In this document: piece by piece, positions 55,059 through 64,000 of the stretch | How the letters are laid out: the number at the start of each line of letters is the position of its first letter | Position numbering within the stretch: position 1 is the stretch's first letter | Assembly: GCA_964016885.1 (NCBI GenBank) | Contig: OZ024740.1 | Location: 327,918,001-327,982,000, forward strand | Length of the DNA stretch: 64,000 nt | Origin: Eledone cirrhosa | Lineage: Eukaryota | Direction: 5' to 3' | Program-made: the position numbers and the translations under genes | The notes under the pieces: model-generated | What the model was told of the DNA's origin: nothing | What the model saw: the letters and a program-made list of their open reading frames with translations, nothing else | Databases searched by the model: none

Positions 55059-55832
55059 AATATGGTTTTATAAATATAGTTTCCATTTATTAATATATTG
55101 TATGTATATATATATATATATATTGGTTGAATTTTGCTTGTTCTGCTTATCTTAATATATATATATATATATATATATACGCACACACACACACATATGT
55201 ATGTATCTGTGTGTGTGTGTGTGTGTACACAGGGTACGGAAAAAATGCCTCCCACATTTTAAAATATGGGAGGTTAATCTGCCCGTCTCTCTCTAGAGTC
55301 TAGACGGTCTGAGAGATAGAGATGTAGACATTAAGATAGGTGTAGTCTCGTCACTGCTACCCACTTCCTCTTACTATTTCAGAATTTCTTTGTTTTCTTC
55401 ATTGCAATCATTATATAACTTAATAAGTTATATAAAGTACCAGTAATACACTGGGATAATTGCTGGCCTTGTGCCAAAAGTAGAAACAATTATATAACTT
55501 AATTTATGTTTGTTGAACAAAATATTTCGAATTATGAAAAATGTACAAAACAACACCAGCAACAATACTTTTAAAGGAGGTTACTCTTGCATTAGTGTCT
55601 TCCTGATTATTTCCCTTGAAAAGAATTCGGATCTGCAGGGCAACCGAAAAGGACATTCCATATACAATGTTGTTTAAGAAGTTCGTTTTTCAAGCACGCG
55701 ATACGAGGTTCGATACTACCGTATTTGGGTGAATTTCTCCATTGCGCTGACGTGTGTGTGTGCATTCTCTCACCGTGTGTATGGCTGTATATAGACACGC
55801 ATTTCTTCTTAGCTTTGTACGGACGTATAATA

Positions 55833-55865
<33 letters not shown>

Positions 55866-56081
55866 CTCTCTTACAAAGCTCTTTTTACAAAACGTTTTTT
55901 TTTCCATTTCAGTTAGACGTGCTCCATCATCCACTTTTCTAAAAAACAAATCATACACAAAACGCCAGCTGCAACAGTTTTGCAAGAGATGTCAACAGGA
56001 ATGGACCTGTTATTTTTATCTAAAGACATTTTTCCAATTCCATCCCGCCCGTCCCGTCAATCTATCTTATTTCTCATTCTT

Positions 56082-56117
56082 TCTTCTGATGAAGGACTAG
56101 CGTCCGAAACGTTAAGA
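56082..56117 (+). ncRNA. Minimal type I hammerhead ribozyme motif
   Basis: UCUU-CUGAUGA-A-GGAC(UAGC)GUCC-GAA-ACGU-U^AAGA; palindromic ACGU stem III. Confidence 0.8.
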
Positions 56118-56195
56118 CCCTCTTCCTGCTATTTCAAGCGTTAACCTAATATATTCCTTCCATATACTGTACAGATTGTGTTGTTATATCTGTTT

Positions 56196-56320
<125 letters not shown>

Positions 56321-57261
56321 TATAAAGAGTCTCGATTCTTTATAATATAACCACACACTACTACAATGTTGAGTAATGGTCTAACCAGTTTCAAACTGAA
56401 TCCATACTGATCTTCTTCTTCTTCTTCTTCTTCTTCTTCTTCTTCCTGGGAGGGTCGTGGAAGCAGAATCTTCAAACACTTCTTCCAACGGGTCCTGTCA
56501 GAAGCAACCGTCTTCAACTGATCCGGCTGGATCCCCAAGCGTGACCAGCCATCTTGCTCGGGGACTACCACTAGGTCTTTTACCTGTTGGTTTGGCCCGT
56601 AAAATCTGTCCAGCAATTCGTTCCTGAAACATTCTAACCACATGCCCTAAATATATATATTTACACTATGCACACTACAGCAGCCTTAACCCAGGAACCC
56701 AACCCAACACGAGATGGCCCTTGTAACGGTATCGAGTGTTTAGTACGGCGAACCGCTTATAATTGTAGTTACATATAAATAAATAAATGGGTTATTTAAA
56801 CTACAAATGTCAGGCGAAGTGTATAAAGTTTATACATCGTATTGTTTATTATCATTCTACATTGTAATACTAGTTGTAATATTTTAGTACATTTTTAAAA
56901 CAAAAGGAAGTGTGAAAATAAAATTACTTTATTCTCTACATCGTATTTTTTGTTGAAATAATTTAGTACATTTATAAAACAATAAAAAATGAAAATAAAT
57001 TTATTTTAATCTGCATAAATTTTATTAAAATTGTAGCTTTTTTTTATTAGAAAAGAATTGCTATTGTTGGTGTAGATGTTGTGGAGATGTTTGCAGTTTA
57101 ATTTAAGGGCCACTGTAGCACTCCACTAGCCAGTAACCCAAACTGACCTTTAACCTTATAAGACGCAGGGTGGTGATATTCTTTGACAAATTTTGGAAAA
57201 AAAGTGCATCTTATAAGCCGTCAAATACGTTTCACACACACACACACACACAAAATATATA

Positions 57262-57316
<55 letters not shown>

Positions 57317-57370
57317 GGAAAAAAAACGAAATTTCATTTCTCACTCTTAGTACGGCTGTTTCTTAAATAT

Positions 57371-57999
<629 letters not shown>

Positions 58000-58021
58000 A
58001 AAATATATATATGTGTATATT

Positions 58022-58055
<34 letters not shown>

Positions 58056-58199
58056 TATATGTGTATGTGTGTATGAAACGTAGTGAGATGAAAACTTTAA
58101 TTAATTAAGATTATCATTGCAGTTTGAAAAATAAAACTCCGTTTGTGGAGATCAAAATCGAGAGAAAGGGAGAGCGAGATAATGTGTGTGTGTTGTGTG

Positions 58200-58309
<110 letters not shown>

Positions 58310-58792
58310 AATTGAAGTGATTGGTGAATATAGGCGGGAGACACTATTAAGACCAGTCACTCTGATGAGATCAACCTTGGAGAGGATAAAGAGTAAATGT
58401 AGTTGAACATGATTTGAACTTAGCGACTTAAATATATTGCATTAAATACAAACTGTTTGAAGCATTTATTTCCGTATACAACTATTTCTGCTTCTCTGTC
58501 TTTTGTCGTGAAATAAAATAACAATTATTCATTCCTACATAAACAAAAAGGTGGCCATTTAGTGGGAAGGAACACTCGGTTAAATCGTATCCACTACCTG
58601 ACTGGAACATTATTTGATCGACCTCGGATGTATGAAATACAAAGTTGACATCTATGGTGTTTGAACTCAGAAAGTATAGTCGGAATGACTACCACAAGTA
58701 ATTTTGTTTGACACTGCTAATCCATCACCCTAACTTATTTCCTAATATATCGCATAATGTGATAAAATAAACATAAGTACTCCGGCAATTTG

Positions 58793-58840
58793 ACTGTAGC
58801 CGTTTTAATCGTTATTACTGTAGCCGTTTTAATCGTTATT
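58793..58840. repeat. Perfect 24-bp tandem duplication
   Basis: ACTGTAGCCGTTTTAATCGTTATT x2. Confidence 0.9.
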
Positions 58841-59277
58841 ATCTCAAGCCATAATGTAACTGAAGACACGTGTGACCGCTAACTTCTACATCGATATTAT
58901 GTTTATAAACAATGATAACGGAAATGTGAATATACACTATCAAGGGTCCTTTTATTTAAATTTTTTCCCCAGTGACCGACGCTACAATCAATTACTCCTC
59001 TCCAAGAATGCTATACGACGAGAATAACCATTGAAAGAAAGAACTATTTATAATTAGAGACGAACGGATACACAATAGTGTGTGAATATTATGTTTTTTA
59101 ACAAAGTCCTTGAAATTCTGAACTCTTCTGGACTCCTATTACTAACATTGAAGACCACAGGTTGGAAACAACTGGTTTATCTGATGAAGTTAACAGTAAA
59201 ACCTTGGAAACGACAACTATAGCAAGACCGAAAACAACTATCAGTACGATAGATTTTTTTAACAACTAAGATTTAAA

Positions 59278-59726
59278 CTACAAAAGTATGACTATAACCA
59301 ACATAAAAATATGGATGTTGAAATGTCTTCTGATTTTGTTTTTATCAGCTGAAGACGTAGCTATAACCTTTTGTTTTCTGGCAGGTAAATCTAGAGACGT
59401 TAATTCGTCCCACCAGCTCTCATTGTTAAAGGTTTTATTGTCCTCCTGATGTAAGTGGCTTACACCATCTTGGAAAAGGTATTCTTTTTCTTGCGCAGTC
59501 CATAAATCAACGCAACGGAATAGAAATTTCGTTAGATTTCCTCTAAACTCTCGTTGAATATTCGCTGGTAAAACCGGGAATGTTGGTTCAACAGGTGACA
59601 AGTTATTAGGACATCTGCTTCTTTGGTAACCACTAGGTGTAACTGATGGTCCGTGCTGTAATTGTAACTGTTGTTGTTGAAGATCTGTAACTGCAGTCGT
59701 AACGTCATATGCCAGTTGTTCAACCA
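59278..59726 (-). CDS. Probable terminal exon of an unidentified gene; C-terminus resembles a GPI-anchor signal
   Basis: Minus-strand acceptor TTTCACATCTTTTTAG|TG, ~149 open complex codons in AT-rich DNA, ends [30 protein letters not shown]. Confidence 0.6.
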
Positions 59727-59787
59727 CTAAAAAGATGTGAAATATATCATTAAAACATTTACAGAGATGAATAGATGATTTACACAG

Positions 59788-59852
59788 TATGTGTGTATGT
59801 GTGTCTGTGTATATATGTATGTGTATGTATATATGTATATTTATGTATATGT

Positions 59853-59884
<32 letters not shown>

Positions 59885-60114
59885 GTATATACATATACAT
59901 GTATATATATATATATATATACATATATATACATATATATATACATATATATACATATATATACATATACATATATATATATATACATACATATATATAT
60001 ATATATATACATACACACACACAAATATACATATATATATATACATATATATATGCATATATATGTGCATATATATATATGCATATATATATATACATAT
60101 ACATATATATACAC

Positions 60115-60159
<45 letters not shown>

Positions 60160-60440
60160 CACATATGTACACATATGTACACACATATATATATATATGT
60201 ATACATATATTCATATAAATACACATATATACATACATATACATATATACATATATGTATATATGTGTATTTATATGAATATATGTATATATATATATGT
60301 GTACATATGTGTATATATATATATATATACATATATACATATATGTATATGTATGTATATATGTATATGTATGTATATATGTATATATGTGTATTTATAT
60401 GAATATATGTATATATATGTGTATATGTGATGTCTACATA

Positions 60441-60503
<63 letters not shown>

Positions 60504-60604
60504 GTGTATATATGTATATATGCATATATATATATATGTATATATATATATGTATATATATATACATATGCATATATATATATGCATATATATATATGCA
60601 TATG

Positions 60605-60697
<93 letters not shown>

Positions 60698-60815
60698 ATG
60701 TATGTATATATATATATGTATGTATATATGCATATATGTATGTATATGTATGTATGTGTATATATATATATATACATACATACCCACATACATACATACT
60801 TATACATATATATGT
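59788..60815. repeat. Compound (TA)n/(TACA)n/(TATG)n microsatellite
   Basis: Direct inspection. Confidence 0.97.
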
Positions 60816-61124
60816 GTGATGTGTGTTTGTGTGTGGATTTGTTTGAACCTGATAATTCGAAATGTGCGATTCTCTAAGAGAAAATAAATGGTATAGACAT
60901 CAAGCCAGCCAAAGAGAATAGAAGCAAACTATGCAATTAAGTTACAGTTCAACAGCTGAAGCCAATTCAATGTATGCTACTAATATATTTAAGAACTGCA
61001 AAAATGTCACATAATCTCAATTCACTACTCTATATATGTTTAGTCTTGTGTATTAGTTGGTTTGTTAGTTATCTAATTAGACAGTTTGTTAGTTAGATAG
61101 TTAGATAGTTAGTTAGTTATATAC

Positions 61125-61720
61125 TTACTTACTTCCTCCTGCTCCTTATGGAATATTGAGCGACAATTGCTCTCCATTCAGCATGGTTCCAAACCATGGC
61201 ACGAGCCTGATCCCAGGTCATGCCCATATTTGCCAGGTCCTTTTCCACAGTCTTCAACCAAATCTTATCAGATTTGCTTCGTTTCCACCCGAAAGAAGAT
61301 CTCACGGGCTTTTTTGTGAGCAGACATACCACGCGGCCGAATATCTTTTAGCGTCTTACAGTGAGAGTATCCCGTAACGTGGTTGCGCCAAGAAGTTCTT
61401 TGCAAAGTCTTAGCTAAGAAGTAGTATAACACTTTTATGATGTCTATAACGAGCTGAGTAATAGAGATTTTCAGCACTTGAGTGCAAAGAGAAATTTGGC
61501 GCCCCAACTTTAATTAACAAGTATGACAGGCTAGAAGAAAATTTTCGCCCTCACCTTGTTACAGCTCTGTCAATATCACACTTCTATAGACATTTCATCA
61601 AATCTGCTCCAAGAGTTTCCAGTGACACTTGCTCTCCTACATGCTTTAGTTAACTTGGTCTCTAATCCAAATACGTGGAAGTTGTTGATGGTCTGCGTAG
61701 GTTAAACTTTGTAGAGAGAA
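61125..61720 (-). mobile_element. Degenerate RTE-like LINE 3' fragment with a (TAAG)n-like tail
   Basis: KIWLKTVEKDL..MGMTW..A....WRAIV; IKSV.LY-like remnant. Confidence 0.7.
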
Positions 61721-62114
61721 AAATTCGTAAAAGAGTTGAATAAATGGAATAAACTTGAGAAGTACACTCGGGGATTATATGTGTCGCATGATACCATAAA
61801 TCTAATCATACGAAATACTTTTCTGGAGGGCAGGCCTAAGTAGGATCCTTTGTAATTTTTTTTAGAAGACCAATAGCCACCGATATAGGTAGGAGGGTCG
61901 GCTCAATAGTTATTAGGCTGACCAAGTTATTCTTATGGAATGACCAAATAAAGTTTATTTTTCAACATAGTCCCTGGAAAGAAACAATGCAGTTATTAAT
62001 AAGAGGAGTTGAAATTAATGCATGCAAGATTTCCCAACCCTAGCATCACTCCTTCATAGTCAGCCTATGAACTTTTAAGCCGACCCTCATAAGTCCCCTC
62101 TCTCCACGACACCG

Positions 62115-62166
<52 letters not shown>

Positions 62167-62263
62167 CATTTTGAGTTTATGTTGATTGTATACCAACACC
62201 TCAGTATGCAGATTGGAGCACTCGACGAAGTGCGCAGGTTGGTTTGGTTACTCCGGAGTAATG

Positions 62264-62421
62264 TAAAATAAAGTAAAATAAATAAGTCAAATATTTAAAA
62301 TTTGGGTTCGTTTATTACTGCTATATATATTTCGGTGACCTCTTCAGGCAGTCCGAATTAGTGTGGTAGAGACGAGTACACAAATTTTAAATATTTGACT
62401 TATTTATTTTAGTTTATTTTA
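62264..62421. repeat. Inverted repeat (41-bp arms, 1 mismatch) enclosing a hammerhead
   Basis: 62264-62304 pairs with 62381-62421; (TA)n follows directly. Confidence 0.9.
62317..62352 (-). ncRNA. Minimal type I hammerhead ribozyme motif
   Basis: Minus strand ACUGC-CUGAAGA-GG(UCA)CC-GAA-AUAUAUAU-A^GCAGU: perfect 5-bp stem I, canonical core, palindromic stem III. Confidence 0.85.
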
Positions 62422-62423
62422 TA

Positions 62424-62514
<91 letters not shown>

Positions 62515-62986
62515 TATATATATAAATAATAATAAGGTGGGCAGGATCGATATAGCCCGACACCAGAGTCTTTGCAGGCGAATAATGAACATAAAAGGTA
62601 GAAAGAAACACCACAAGGCATCAAATACGACGCTTTAACAATTCCAGCAATCTAGCAATCTATCTTATTTAAATGAGATTTTCCTGACTTATGACTACAC
62701 AGCTCCAGGTGTTTATCTACCAGCTTCGGTTCTCATAGTAATACGCCAGTGGAAAAAAAAAACAAAATAAAAAATAAAAACAAAAACAGAATTTCAAAGC
62801 TCACTTATTTTCCTTGGGCCAACCCCAGGCCCATTAAACAAATTTCCAAGGCCTAACTGTGGGTCTAAAGATTAACGTTGAGAATCACTGACTTACACGT
62901 TAATTTCACGAGCAGGCAGTTCCGTTGATTTAATCAGCTGAATCACTGGCCGTTGTATCATATAATCAAGTCGTTTTATCTATCTA

Positions 62987-63632
62987 TCTATATATAAAAT
63001 TCTTTGTCTCTCTGTTTCCTTATGCATTCTCAAACGGCTCGACCAAATCAAATCAAATTTCACAAGGTATTAGACGCCGGGATTAACATGTAATCTCTAT
63101 TTTCATTTGGATTAAAACAATATAGCATTTTATCTAAAATAATCTTTCTGTTGTCAACTATAGTAAACGACATTTTATAACACCACGACGACGGCGTCAC
63201 ATTTTGTATATGAGTGTGTATGTGTCTGTGAGTGTGTGTGATTGCGCGTTCGTTAGGTACGTTAGGCCTTAGTAAGTTTCACAGAGAATTAAACACTCAC
63301 ACACATCTACACATACATATACATATGTGTTGACTGACAAGTATATGTGTGTGAGTGTATGTGTGTGAGTATAACATACCTTTCTGTGACGACTGACATA
63401 ACGAACACACACACACACAGAGATCTAAAGCGAGAGAGTTACAGAGAGAGAGAGGAGAGAGAGAGAGAGAGAAATAGGCCGTTATACAGAGAGAGATACA
63501 AATAAAGTGTTAGATATTGAGAGAGAGAGAGAGAGAGAGAGAGAGTAACGTCCAACAAATCTAGAATCGGCTTAAACTATAGATCAAAGTTACAGTTGAA
63601 TGCTTAACAATATTGCGTTAGCTTTTATGAAG
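62987..63632 (+). mobile_element. Helitron-related element, same family as 13407-14062; 3' end not seen
   Basis: A|TCTATATATAAAA 5' end; 63470-63632 matches the reverse complement of 13815-13975 (AAAGTGTTAGATATTGAGAGAG, AATATTGCGTTAGCTTTTAT). Confidence 0.7.
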
Positions 63633-63658
63633 CGTACATATGTATATATGTGTATGTA

Positions 63659-63727
<69 letters not shown>

Positions 63728-64000
63728 ATCTCAAATTAGTACCATTGAACAACAATTATTATAGACACCATGTATATTTCCGTAGGTACTTAGTACCTGC
63801 TGGAATATTTATATCATTTTATATGTATTCTCTTTCTATGTAGAGAACAAAATGTTGTATCGTGCTGCTATTTTTTTTAGTACCATGAAATATCAACGAG
63901 TCTATAATCCCGCTTTTACTTACGGCCTATTTTTGTGTGGGTCACTTTAACGGCCTGACGTCATGCATCGGACAGGAAGCGATATATTTACAAACTGTGA

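Larger units (their letters stand above)
54617..55101. repeat. Near-perfect inverted repeat (~215-bp arms, ~55-bp spacer) carrying a hammerhead motif in each arm
   Basis: 54617-54832 is the reverse complement of 54887-55101 with only a few mismatches; (TA)n on both sides. Confidence 0.95.

Noticed and set aside
59175-59220. CTGATGA..GGAAACGAC as a hammerhead
   Set aside because: Poor stem II register, no NUH triplet and no stem I

Overview
AT-rich, microsatellite- and transposon-dense animal genomic DNA. The SINE types, RTE/Dong/Tx1 LINEs and very long (TA)n tracts suggest a coleoid cephalopod, probably Octopus; this is inference. Host genes: (1) six + strand exons (12125-20914, all introns phase 1, GT-AG) encode a type I membrane protein with one FN3 domain carrying an ~87-aa loop insertion, about three laminin-type EGF repeats, a TM helix and a short tail ending YSPLKECV (MEGF9-like architecture; 5' exon not found). 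(2) A probable terminal exon on the - strand (59278-59726) ends in a GPI-signal-like tail. Mobile DNA: a 3.9-kb GC-rich LTR retrotransposon (34915-38796, GTTAC TSD) with an atypical DIRS-like RNase H motif plus a DDE integrase; a stack of Dong/R4 and Tx1 LINEs separated by (ATT)n tracts (43.6-53.4 kb); two Helitrons; TTAA MITEs; many RTE fragments and tRNA-SINEs. The most striking signal not shown by the ORF track is five minimal type I hammerhead ribozyme motifs with palindromic stem III at 54.6-62.4 kb. Four of them sit in short, non-coding fold-back cassettes embedded in (TA)n, consistent with non-autonomous Penelope-like/retrozyme-type elements. Most ORF-track entries are microsatellite translation artefacts.
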